A stretch of DNA of 64,000 bases from Nitrosopumilus sp. (GCA_965214775.1 OZ243974.1:1824001-1888000); one strand, 5' to 3'. Counted from the first letter of the stretch, positions 48,036 to 56,970 are shown. Translations and numbers: made by a program. The notes: a model not told the origin generated them from the letters alone.

Positions 48036-48500
48036 ATGACACAATCCATCAAACTGACAACCGATCAAATGCGCATGATGTCCCTTTTCCAAAACGTCAC
48101 CGGCGCAACGGCGCGCGACTGCGTTGAGGATGAAAAACAGGACAGGGTGATCTTTGTTGTAAACACGGGAAAGATGGGACTGGCAATCGGAAGGGGCGGC
48201 ACCCACATCAAGTCGCTTCAAAACATTGTAAAGAGAAACGTCGAACTAGTTGAGTTTGACGAGGATCCCGCAAAATTTTTGTCCAACCTGCTAAACTCAA
48301 AACTGGTCTCCGAGGTAAAAATAGGCAAGCGGGCCGATGGCTCAAAGCAGGCAATAGTTGTCGTAGACCCGCGCAAAAAGGGAATTGTAGTAGGAAGGGA
48401 AGGCAGAAATGCCGAAAAGGCAAGGATGCTTGCAAAGCGATACTTTGACATTGCCAGCGTACTGATTAACAGCCCTGAAAAGGCAACACTGGAGATGTAG
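48036..48500 (+). CDS. nusA: NusA-like transcription factor (KH domains)
   Basis: MGLAIGRGG and GIVVGREGRN KH motifs. Confidence 0.93.
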   Translation: MTQSIKLTTDQMRMMSLFQNVTGATARDCVEDEKQDRVIFVVNTGKMGLAIGRGGTHIKSLQNIVKRNVELVEFDEDPAKFLSNLLNSKLVSEVKIGKRADGSKQAIVVVDPRKKGIVVGREGRNAEKARMLAKRYFDIASVLINSPEKATLEM

Positions 48501-48503
48501 GAA

Positions 48504-48941
48504 CTGAGAAAATCACCGCTTGGACTGTTTGCAGGAAGGGTCTTGACAACCAAGAAAAAGAGACAGCGCTGGGCGATCTCTACTTACAAACGAAGGGAGC
48601 TTGGCATTGACAAAAAGGCAGATCCCTTGGGCGGTGCCCCGCAGGCAAGAGGCATAGTCTTAGAAAAAGTCGGAATCGCGGCAAAACAGCCAAACTCCGC
48701 TGTGAGAAAGTGCGTCAGAGTACAGTTGATTAAAAACGGCAAGACCGTCACCGCATTCCTTCCACGGGACGGCGCGATGAACTTTATTGACGAGCACGAC
48801 GAGGTTCACATCCAGGGAATGGGCGCCACCCAGGGCGGCGCAATGGGGGACATTCCCGGCGTCAGGTTCAAGGTTTTCAAGGTAAACGGCACGTCACTGC
48901 ACGAACTGGTAATCGAAAAGAAGGAAAAGCCAAGGAGATAG
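48504..48941 (+). CDS. rps12: 30S ribosomal protein S12 (uS12)
   Basis: [26 protein letters not shown]; N-terminus [11 protein letters not shown] extends back to CTG 48504. Confidence 0.95.
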   Translation: MRKSPLGLFAGRVLTTKKKRQRWAISTYKRRELGIDKKADPLGGAPQARGIVLEKVGIAAKQPNSAVRKCVRVQLIKNGKTVTAFLPRDGAMNFIDEHDEVHIQGMGATQGGAMGDIPGVRFKVFKVNGTSLHELVIEKKEKPRR

Positions 48942-48945
48942 GGAA

Positions 48946-49545
48946 ATGGCACAGACAAAAAACCTATTGTTGTTCAGAAAGTGGGATCTGTCTGACATTG
49001 AAGTCCGGGATCCCGGACTAAAGACTGCGATCTCGCTAAGAAAGCAGATCCTTCCGTACACATACGGCCGCTCTGCACTAAAACGGTTCAACAAGGCCGA
49101 CGTCAACATTGTTGAGCGCCTGATAAACAAAACAATGCACTTTGGAAAAAAATACGCGAAAAACACCGGAAGAATGACTGGAAAGAAAACCAAGGTTCTC
49201 AATACCGTAAAAACCGCGTTTGATATCATTGCCCTAAAGACCGGAAAGAACCCTGTTGAAGTCTTGGTCAGGGCAGTAGAATTTTCTGCCCCAAACGAGG
49301 ATACCACCAGGATTGTCTATGGCGGGACAGTTTACCATGTCTCAGTCGACGTGGCTCCGATCAGGCGGGTCGACCTGGCACTCAAATTCATCTCTGATGC
49401 AATCAAGGAGGCCACCTTCTCAAACCCAAAACCCATTGAGGAGCATATGGCCGAACAGCTGATCCTTGCGTCATCAAATGATCCTGCCGCCCATTCTGTC
49501 AAGAAAAAGAACGAGCTAGAGCGTATCGCCCAGGCTTCCAGATAG
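48946..49545 (+). CDS. rps7: 30S ribosomal protein S7 (uS7)
   Basis: IVERLIN, VDVAPIRRVD, KKNELERIAQASR. Confidence 0.96.
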   Translation: MAQTKNLLLFRKWDLSDIEVRDPGLKTAISLRKQILPYTYGRSALKRFNKADVNIVERLINKTMHFGKKYAKNTGRMTGKKTKVLNTVKTAFDIIALKTGKNPVEVLVRAVEFSAPNEDTTRIVYGGTVYHVSVDVAPIRRVDLALKFISDAIKEATFSNPKPIEEHMAEQLILASSNDPAAHSVKKKNELERIAQASR

Positions 49546-49554
49546 AATTTTTAG

Positions 49555-49645
49555 TAGCCCGAGGCAGATTCGAACTGCCGTCTCTGCCTATATCCACTTT
49601 GTAAGATCCAGAGGGCAGAATCCTTGACCGCTAGACTATCGGGCT
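49555..49645 (-). tRNA. tRNA-Gln(CTG) with 18-nt intron at 37/38
   Basis: AGCCCGA/TCGGGCT acceptor stem, CTGCC-CTCTGG[ATCTTACAAAGTGGATAT]A-GGCAG anticodon arm, GGCAGTTCGAATCTGCC T arm. Confidence 0.93.
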
Positions 49646-49697
49646 GCTTGAAGAAATTTTCAAATAAAGGAATATAACCATTTGCCGCTGCTGATTG

Positions 49698-50030
49698 CTA
49701 TTTTGATCTTGCCTCATGGATTGCAGTTGCATAATCGCAGTCTGCCTTTAATCTCATGTATGGAATTAGCCTGAAATGAATCGAATAGATCTTCCCCTCT
49801 TTTCTGATGATGCCCTTTTGCATCAGTGAGACGAGGCCCCTTGACGGAATGCTTATCGGGATGTTTTTTTCATCGCAAACCTGATCACGCTTTTTTTGAA
49901 ACTGCCTTAAAGAAAACGCCACGTCGTTTAACTCCAAAATCAACGGCCAAACAATCTGGCTCCAAACAAACCTCCTGTTCTCTGTTGCAGACGCATACTT
50001 GCCTTTTCCGCTCAACATTAATAACATCAC
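49698..50030 (-). CDS. Conserved hypothetical protein, winged-helix-like
   Basis: SRGLVSLMQKGIIRKEGKIYSI wing-like motif. Confidence 0.7.
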   Translation of the reverse strand: MMLLMLSGKGKYASATENRRFVWSQIVWPLILELNDVAFSLRQFQKKRDQVCDEKNIPISIPSRGLVSLMQKGIIRKEGKIYSIHFRLIPYMRLKADCDYATAIHEARSK

Positions 50031-50053
50031 CAGGTCATGTTATAACTTGATAG

Positions 50054-50758
50054 TTGCCTCAAAACGAAATTAAAGAATCGCTGGATTTGCTTGAAAAGGA
50101 CTGGGATGTCGATCCGGTTTTAAAAAGCTTCATGCTTGGAAGGATAACTGATGCAAGTGATCACACAGTCAAGGTCAGGGATGTCGTCTTTCATGTCCCG
50201 TATCTGAGATCCGAAAAAAAATTCATCCTGTGGAAATGCCACTGGCCTGACTGCCACAACTGCTGTGACAGGCAGGGACGTCTGCCGCTGACCTCCGATG
50301 ACCTGATCACGATTGGCAGGGGGCTAAAGTATCAGAGACCTTCCGAGTTTGTAAAAAATGACACCCTGACTGTGACATATCAGGAGCCGGGACCCTCCGG
50401 ACAGGTGATTACGATGACTACGATCAACCTGAAAAGAAAGAAAGACGAGACAGAGGCCGATGACGGCACTCGTATTCCTTGCCGGTTTTTGGATGATGAG
50501 GGCGGCTGCAGCATGCATCCTGACAGGCCCGGAGTCTGCTATCTTTATCCGTTCTCGACATGGCTTGAAAATGAGCAGGGAACAGCCAGGGTGCATGCTG
50601 CCTACCAGTTTACAGGCGACTGTCCGGGATTCTACCTTGCCGAAGACCTGGATCCCATGAAAGAGGAATTCAAAGAGTACTCGAAAATAATTTTTGACTA
50701 TAACATGGCATCAAACAGAACCGGCAGGGAGGGTCTTGGCTCGGCATCTTTTGGCTAG
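50054..50758 (+). CDS. YkgJ-family cysteine cluster protein
   Basis: CHWPDCHNCC, CRFLD, CSMHPDRPGVCYLYPF, CPG. Confidence 0.85.
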   Translation: MPQNEIKESLDLLEKDWDVDPVLKSFMLGRITDASDHTVKVRDVVFHVPYLRSEKKFILWKCHWPDCHNCCDRQGRLPLTSDDLITIGRGLKYQRPSEFVKNDTLTVTYQEPGPSGQVITMTTINLKRKKDETEADDGTRIPCRFLDDEGGCSMHPDRPGVCYLYPFSTWLENEQGTARVHAAYQFTGDCPGFYLAEDLDPMKEEFKEYSKIIFDYNMASNRTGREGLGSASFG

Positions 50759-50771
50759 GCTTTTGCCACGT

Positions 50772-50894
50772 CAGTACTTCCTAGATGTGCTTTTGCAGAC
50801 CCGGCACGCCATAGCCGCTAACTTCGTTTACGCATAAGATCTTCTCCAAATTACGTAATTACCGTGCCTGTAAAAGTACACCTAGGAACTACTG
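50772..50894. mobile_element. MITE family E (123 bp), copy 1
   Basis: Imperfect TIR CAGTACTTCCTAGATGTGCTTTTGCAG / CTGTAAAAGTACACCTAGGAACTACTG; identical copy at 54524-54646. Confidence 0.88.
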
Positions 50895-50896
50895 AC

Positions 50897-51411
50897 GTAT
50901 GAGGGCGCGTAAGAGACTGGCTCAGAGTAGGCGGACAACGAAATGCCACATCATCGAGGGCGAGTGGGAGTTTTCCGTTCAGTTGGGCACACACACTTTG
51001 ATCAGCAGGGAGGTGATATAATGATCAACGTAGGAATAGATGTTAATAAAAAGACGCGTGTAGCGGCCATCAAGAACCCGGCTGCAGGGATTCTGGAACA
51101 GGCAGAGTTTTCCAACACAGCCGACGGAACAAGGATGGCAGTCGTGGCCAGAACGCTGGCAAAGGTGATCTGGCACGTGCTGGCTGATGAAACCGAATAC
51201 CGCACACAAAACAAAGATCTCACGGAGAGAAAGTATAAAATGATTGAGTGTCTAGTAAATACGTCTGACTGAGAAACGCACACTCGCAGCGGCCCGTGCA
51301 GGGAACCAGAATAATTTGATATGAGAGTTTACCCCTCAGGCGACATTGCTGGCCGGAGCCTTGATCACCGTGCCTACCACGTCGTATTTTCGGGAGGGGG
51401 TAAACTCCTAC
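50897..51411. mobile_element. MITE family C interrupted by the IS110 remnant
   Basis: Removing the insert restores GTATGAGTTTACCCCTCAGGCGAC, identical to the end at 46514; right end GGGGTAAACTCCTAC. Confidence 0.72.
50904..51324 (+). mobile_element. Internally deleted IS110-family element
   Basis: ORF 51021-51272 with SD GGAGGTGA: N-terminal VGIDVNKK...FSNTADG fused to C-terminal AVVARTLAKVIWHVL...Y; GAG repeated at both ends. Confidence 0.75.
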
Positions 51412-51595
51412 GTTCTCCTTGGGACACGTCGGGTGTTGGAAATCTCAGATTTTGAAGACTTAAAAACAGCAGGGTAGTATCAGTTTGTTGCATAACCCTT
51501 CCTAAAATTTGAAATCTGACTGAAAATCACCGGAATGATCAACTAATTCTGACCGAAAAAGTAATGGATCATGAGGATGCCTCGTATGGTATACA

Positions 51596-53146
51596 TTGGC
51601 ACACACGGACAATGCAAAGTACGTAGAGAGAGGGGCAGGCCTGGTCGTCAAGTACGACCCCGGCTGGGAGAAGGATCTCAAGGCTGCCAACTGCCACAAG
51701 GAGGAGGGCGCCCCGTTCCTGTACGCCGAAGGCATGATAATGGCCGCAGCCGCCCTCAGGACCGCATTCATGCTAAAATACAGGCAGCTGTCAGGCATGC
51801 TCGGGGAGATGCTAAAGGGTGCGGACTCGCCGTGTTACACCACGATATTCAGAAGGATACAGAAGCTTGACGTAGATATTGCAGAGAACATAATTACGGT
51901 GCGCGACAAGACCTGTAACCTGGTCATGATATCTGACGCCACGGGCCTCAAGCAGCACAACCGGGGCGAGTGGATATGCAAGAAATGGAAGGTAAGGCGA
52001 GGATTCGTCAAGATGCACCTGATGGTTGATGCAGACACCAAGCAGGTGCTGGCAGTATCTGTCACAAGTGATGCAATCGGCGACAGCACGGAACTGCCGG
52101 CACTGCTTGAGGAGGCGGCCAAGAACATCAAGAAAGAGAAGGAGGAAGAGGAGCAGAACCGCACCGACAGCGCGGATGCAGTCAAGAACATCAAGAAGGA
52201 AGAGGAGCAGAACCGCACCGACAGCGCGGATGCAGTCAAGAACATCAAGAAGGAAGAGGAGCAGAACCGCACCGACAGCGCGGATGCAGTCAAGAACATC
52301 AAGAAGGAAGAGGAGCAGAACCGCACCGACAGCGCGGATGCAGTCAAGAACATCAAGAAGGAAGAGGAGCAGAACCGCACCGACAGCGCGGATGCAGTCA
52401 AGAACATCAAGAAGGAAGAGGAGCAGAACCGCACCGACAGCGCGGATGCAGTCAAGAACATCAAGAAGGAAGAGGAGCAGAACCGCACCGACAGCGCGGA
52501 TGCAGTCAAGAACATCAAGAAGGAAGAGGAGCAGAACCGCACCGACAGCGCGGATGCAGTCAAGAACATCAAGAAGGAAGAGGAGCAGAACCGCACCGAC
52601 AGCGCGGATGCAGTCAAGAACATCAAGAAGGAAGAGGAGCAGAACCGCACCGACAGCGCGGATGCAGTCAAGATCCCCAACATGCTTGCAGACGGGACAT
52701 CGCCGCTGGCTGTACTCGGTACCGGCGCGAATCCAGATATACCGGGAAAGATCCTGCTTGCAGACGGCGGATACGGCTCGAGGAAAAACGTAGCCGAGTG
52801 TCACAAACGCGGCATAAAACCGCTCATACGGCTTTTGACAAGTTGCAATGCAAAGGGCAAGGGCACCGGCGACAAGTGGGGCATGCTTGTACGGTGGCAG
52901 CTTGGGGGCGGCCCCGAGGTGCCTGTGGGTGATCTCTCAAAGGAGGAAAGACAGGAGAACCTGCGGTACTGGAAGAGCACGGTCGGCTTTGGCAGCAGAT
53001 GGATCGTCGAGATCGTGATATCGGCCATAAAGCGTATGTTCGGCGAATGTGTAATGGCCCTCAAGTGGTCCAATATAGTGCAGGAAGTAAAGCTGAGGAT
53101 ATGGCTGTACAACAAGTGGATAGCAGAGGCGGTGGCTGCCGTGTAG
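51596..53146 (+). CDS. IS5-family DDE transposase with internal 18-aa repeat insertion
   Basis: SDATGLK..RGEW, KMHLMVD, LADGGYGS, RWIVEIVISAIKRMFGE. Confidence 0.9.
   Translation: MAHTDNAKYVERGAGLVVKYDPGWEKDLKAANCHKEEGAPFLYAEGMIMAAAALRTAFMLKYRQLSGMLGEMLKGADSPCYTTIFRRIQKLDVDIAENIITVRDKTCNLVMISDATGLKQHNRGEWICKKWKVRRGFVKMHLMVDADTKQVLAVSVTSDAIGDSTELPALLEEAAKNIKKEKEEEEQNRTDSADAVKNIKKEEEQNRTDSADAVKNIKKEEEQNRTDSADAVKNIKKEEEQNRTDSADAVKNIKKEEEQNRTDSADAVKNIKKEEEQNRTDSADAVKNIKKEEEQNRTDSADAVKNIKKEEEQNRTDSADAVKNIKKEEEQNRTDSADAVKNIKKEEEQNRTDSADAVKIPNMLADGTSPLAVLGTGANPDIPGKILLADGGYGSRKNVAECHKRGIKPLIRLLTSCNAKGKGTGDKWGMLVRWQLGGGPEVPVGDLSKEERQENLRYWKSTVGFGSRWIVEIVISAIKRMFGECVMALKWSNIVQEVKLRIWLYNKWIAEAVAAV
52121..52669 (+). 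repeat. 54-bp tandem repeat: 9 perfect copies plus 1 variant (KNIKKEEEQNRTDSADAV)
   Basis: Perfect units 52184-52669 (486 bp = 9 x 54). Confidence 0.95.
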
Positions 53147-53366
53147 GAACCGGGCGCCGGTCATGATCCGGGAGGACTGACTTGGCTCTAGTCGGAGTTA
53201 TGCAACAAACTAGGTAGTATGGCAGTTATCAGTATGGTGATGACCTTAACTGGTCAATCAGGTGTTGTGGATTTACACAACATCCATTGTTTTTAGTTAA
53301 TCTTGATTTAGTGTGATATGGTGTTGGATTGAAATGATATTTACTGTGTGGTGGCCAACTTGTCTT

Positions 53367-53441
53367 GGACTCGTAGCACAGTCAGGATAGTGCGGGCGGC
53401 TTCGGACCGCCAGGTCAAGGGATCGAAGCCCTCCGTACTTG
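53367..53441 (+). pseudogene. Degenerate tRNA-Arg(TCG)
   Basis: GGACTCG 5' stem, D arm, GGCGG-CTTCGGA-CCGCC anticodon arm, T arm; 3' acceptor strand CGTACTT instead of CGAGTCC. Confidence 0.75.
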
Positions 53442-53472
53442 ATCTGAGTAGTTTATTAGATTCAACTTGTGA

Positions 53473-53832
53473 GTGAATGCATTGAGAGTTTTAGCTCATC
53501 CAGAGGATTTTTTACCGGCGTATAATCGACTTCAAAGTCAACTACAAATAAACAAGGTCATGTTAGAAGCTATAGACAATGTTAAACAGCAATTACAAAG
53601 TTCTGACAAGCCATTAGGAGTACATCATAAGAAAAAGCAAATTCCACAATATTACAAAAAGCGATATAATCTGCAAGCTTTGTATCCTTTTGACATGCCT
53701 GACTATCACAGGCTCGTGTATACTACAAGGCGTTCTACTACGGATGGAAGGATCGAGGTAATGTTTTTGGAACTTTTAACACACGATCAATACAACAAGC
53801 GATTTGGCTATTTTAAGAAGAAATCACACTGA
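53473..53832 (+). CDS. Putative RelE/ParE-like toxin
   Basis: Basic 119-aa ORF, KKQIPQYY...LYPFDMPDYHRLVYT...LLTHDQYNKRFGY pattern; AT-rich. Confidence 0.5.
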   Translation: MNALRVLAHPEDFLPAYNRLQSQLQINKVMLEAIDNVKQQLQSSDKPLGVHHKKKQIPQYYKKRYNLQALYPFDMPDYHRLVYTTRRSTTDGRIEVMFLELLTHDQYNKRFGYFKKKSH

Positions 53833-53880
53833 TAAGTACAGGATGAGATAGTTATATACTAGTTAGTACATAGTTGTTGT

Positions 53881-54255
53881 ATGTATGCGGCCAGAGGATT
53901 GGAAAATTCTATTTTAAAAGACAACTCCAAAGGTGAATTTTTAAAAATATTGATCGAAAGGCAGGAAGACAAACTTGATACTCTCGTAAAAAAACTTGCA
54001 GAAAAGAACAATCCAAGACTATTAAGTATAAAGAAAGTGGAGAATCTTTTCAAAAAAAACATAGAATTTAACTCACGAAGTCACTTGTTGCGTGAGCTAA
54101 AGGGAAGTATGAAAGCCCCAGTACTCAATACTATAATTGCTCATTTTGTATCGGAAAATAAGCTCGTTGTTAATGATGATCATTCTTTAACATGGATTGA
54201 TGCAGAAGGCAATGAAAAATTAAATAGAGTATTTGAAAAGGCCGTCCCACTCTAA
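53881..54255 (+). CDS. Hypothetical winged-helix-like protein, possible antitoxin
   Basis: SRSHLLRELKGSMKAPVLNTIIAHFVSENKLV...LTWI; adjacent to putative toxin. Confidence 0.5.
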   Translation: MYAARGLENSILKDNSKGEFLKILIERQEDKLDTLVKKLAEKNNPRLLSIKKVENLFKKNIEFNSRSHLLRELKGSMKAPVLNTIIAHFVSENKLVVNDDHSLTWIDAEGNEKLNRVFEKAVPL

Positions 54256-54523
54256 ACATTTCTACATTTCTGAACTGGGAAGTTATCGGCGGATAATGCT
54301 AGCTGGGAAACGTCGGTAGGTAAGATTCTAACAACTGTATTACAGATAATGTAGTTAATACATAAAAAAACGGAAGCAGTCTGACAATGTTTTTTTTGGT
54401 GAAAGATCTAAAGATCAGCTGCACTATACGCAAGTGCATGCATGCATCACAAGGACGGCCTGTCACCAGATGGGATTGCAGAAAACCTCGACATGTCAGG
54501 ATCCACCGTATCGAGAGGCATGT

Positions 54524-54646
54524 CAGTACTTCCTAGATGTGCTTTTGCAGACCCGGCACGCCATAGCCGCTAACTTCGTTTACGCATAAGATCTTCTCCA
54601 AATTACGTAATTACCGTGCCTGTAAAAGTACACCTAGGAACTACTG
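54524..54646. mobile_element. MITE family E copy 2, interrupting an HTH fragment
   Basis: Identical to 50772-50894; preceding bases translate as HHKDGLSPDGIAENLDMSGSTVSRG. Confidence 0.88.
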
Positions 54647-54706
54647 ACGTAAACGTAGGGATCCAATAGGGTACAAACCACCAAGTCTTGGCTCGGTATA
54701 TTTTGG

Positions 54707-55720
54707 CTAGGCTTTTGCCACCCTCATCAGATCTGCAATTCTGATATCCATTCCGAACCTGTCTTCGTTTTTCTTCATGTAGCGGAAAATCGCCAAAAAG
54801 TCAGGAAGCGACTTGAAAAAGCTAAAGTCCTTTCTGATCTTTGACCTTACAAAGTTGAACACCTTGGCATATACCTTGTAATGCTTCTCTACTGCCTTTT
54901 CGTATGCCTTGAAATCGTGCATGTTCTCCAGGAAGATTTCCACGCACTGCATTGACGGGATTATTCCCTCGCCCAACAACGCATAAACCGTTCCTATGGA
55001 CTCCCCGACTCCGACAACCTTTCCTGAATAGTACGGCTTGCACCTGTCAGGAGTGGCCAGCCTGATTGGGCGGCCCTTTGTTTTTATGATCTTGCCTCCG
55101 TGTTTTTTCAAAAACTCGTCTGTTGCCCTGATGTGGTTTTTGTTGTAGTCCCCGGCGCCAACATGTGCCCATTTTTCCCCTAGCGGGAAATACCAAAAGT
55201 ATCCCGACATTCCCGGGAACGGCTCGATATAGAAATCATCGTACGGGACCCCGTCTTCGTACTCGACCTTGTATTCGTAGGTTGGCAAAAAAAAGTCCTC
55301 CTTTAATTTTGGCAAAAATACCCTGTGAAAACCGGTACAGTCTACGATCATGTCGTATTCCCTTTCAAGATCCTCTGTTGATGGAGACTTTCCGTAGATG
55401 ACTCTCGAGTCCTTGATGAAATCCTTGATTAGTCCGATTTTGTCATATGTGCAAAGGCCGTGCAGGCCGATGTCAAATTTCACGTCATTGTTCATTTTGA
55501 CATGCATGCTTTTTCCGTCATGAATCAGATAGTCATTAAAATCCCTGCCTGTCTTTTTGCAGTATTCGGCAAGGATTGGCTTGATTGTACCCCAGGCACA
55601 GATTGAGTCATGCCTCTCTTTGGGATTCAGCTCGTATCCCGTGACATCGTGCTCAGAATCTTTGAGCCTTGCCACCAGGTAGGAACCTGCAACGCCCATT
55701 CCCATTACCGCAATCTTCAA
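54707..55720 (-). CDS. FAD-dependent oxidoreductase (geranylgeranyl reductase-like)
   Basis: GMGVAGS, ICAWG, GYFWYFP, VGESIG...GEGI. Confidence 0.85.
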   Translation of the reverse strand: MKIAVMGMGVAGSYLVARLKDSEHDVTGYELNPKERHDSICAWGTIKPILAEYCKKTGRDFNDYLIHDGKSMHVKMNNDVKFDIGLHGLCTYDKIGLIKDFIKDSRVIYGKSPSTEDLEREYDMIVDCTGFHRVFLPKLKEDFFLPTYEYKVEYEDGVPYDDFYIEPFPGMSGYFWYFPLGEKWAHVGAGDYNKNHIRATDEFLKKHGGKIIKTKGRPIRLATPDRCKPYYSGKVVGVGESIGTVYALLGEGIIPSMQCVEIFLENMHDFKAYEKAVEKHYKVYAKVFNFVRSKIRKDFSFFKSLPDFLAIFRYMKKNEDRFGMDIRIADLMRVAKA

Positions 55721-55918
55721 GACGTCTTGCAAATCCTCCGGGCCTAATAAATACACTTTCTGAAAGGAACTGGGAAGTTTACGGTAGATGATTCTCCCTG
55801 GGAAATGTCGGTAGATCTAATAAATAAAAAATAGTTACAAGGTTCTGTGTAATCTACGTTTGGTATTTTGCCGTGTTCACTGTCGTTTGGCGGGATTTTA
55901 TGAATGGGACTGTTAAGT

Positions 55919-56039
55919 CAGTCTTCCCGGATGTACCAGACTCATGGCGGTGCAGGTGGCGACATGCGGGCCTGCAGGCAGTCTGATCTGTATTATTTCG
56001 GGTTTGGAGCCGTCTTGTGGGTAACTTCTGGGAAGACTG
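55919..56039. mobile_element. MITE family F copy
   Basis: CAGTCTTCCC ... GGGAAGACTG, 121 bp. Confidence 0.8.
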
Positions 56040-56086
56040 ATGTTGTAGAAATCTTATTAAAATCACTCAAACTTTAGTTCTAGGAC

Positions 56087-56505
56087 ATGACTGAAAAATT
56101 CAATAGTAAAATCCAGGTTGCGAGAAGAGCCGTTACTTACTTTGGAAGCCAATCCATCTCCAATGATGCGTCAGCCATCTTCGAACTGGTCAAGAACGCA
56201 AGAGATGCTGATGCGAAAAAAGTCTTCATCACATTTGAGAATATGGGAAAGAAGAATGCCAGGATAGTAATCGAGGATAACGGGCATGGAATGACAGACG
56301 ACGACATAATGAAAAAATGGCTCGTGGCAGGAACCGATACAAAAATTGAGAATCCCAAATCAAAGGATGGCAGAACAGTTTGGGGCGAAATGGGTATTGG
56401 AAGATTCGCATGCGAAAAACTCTCCAAAAAGACCACCATGTTATCATACCCAAAGAACAGAAAGAACATGATCCAAATGACTTTTGACTGGGAACTTTAC
56501 AAAAA
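56087..56505 (+). pseudogene. 3'-truncated GHKL (HATPase_c/MORC-like) ATPase
   Basis: ELVKNARDADA, IEDNGHGM, GEMGIGRFA, ending at FDW. Confidence 0.8.
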
Positions 56506-56927
56506 ACTTTACCGATGTATGTCACCACAGCAAGGAGGAAAACTCTCTTTTCCCGGCACTAGAACAGGAGGGCGGAATGCCCAAAAACACAGGACTTGTC
56601 GCAATGATGTTGATGGATCACGAGCGTTCTCGCCAGATAGGACGCAGCATGGAGGAATCCGCCAGGGAGTATCTTTCATCGGGAGACCCTGCAAATCTCA
56701 TCAGTCACATGAAGTGGTATGTGGAGCACATCACAGAACATTTGTGGAAGGAGAACAATCGGCTGTTCATGATGGCAGAAGCCCGACTGCAGCATGTCTC
56801 TGAAAAAGTGGACAGGAAACTCCATGAAATTGAGGACTCGCGGCCGGGCGGTTTGGGGAAATCCAGAGAGCACTATGAGCAGCTGGCTGAAAACCTTGCA
56901 AAGGACGTAGCGGCAAATCAGGACTGA
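56490..56927 (+). pseudogene. 5'-truncated hemerythrin/HHE-domain protein
   Basis: HHSKEENSLFP, MLMDHE, EHLWKENNRLF; first His helix absent and no credible start codon. Confidence 0.78.
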
Positions 56928-56970
56928 TCCCCTTGGCAGATAGCGTGTTTGGTCAGGTAGTGGGGGGGGT

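Larger units (their letters stand above)
51481..53212 (+). mobile_element. IS5-family (IS903-like ends) insertion sequence
   Basis: TIR AGTTTGTTGCATAAC; 8-bp target duplication GGTAGTAT (51473-51480, 53213-53220). Confidence 0.9.
50733..54721. mobile_element. Decayed genomic island bounded by a 37-bp direct repeat
   Basis: GTCTTGGCTCGG(C/T)AT(C/A)TTTTGGCTAGGCTTTTGCCAC at 50733-50769 and 54685-54721 (35/37 identical). Confidence 0.78.

Noticed and set aside
49555-49645. tRNA intron as a novelty
   Set aside because: Canonical-position short introns are common in archaeal tRNAs
52121-52669. Possible CRISPR array
   Set aside because: Units are contiguous and identical with no spacers, lie in frame in a transposase, and no cas genes are present
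51812-52804. Alternative-frame repeat ORFs (330, 282 and 255 aa)
   Set aside because: By-products of a stop-free 54-bp repeat
56087-56803. 238-aa ORF as an intact protein
   Set aside because: Its C-terminal part is off-frame read-through of the hemerythrin fragment
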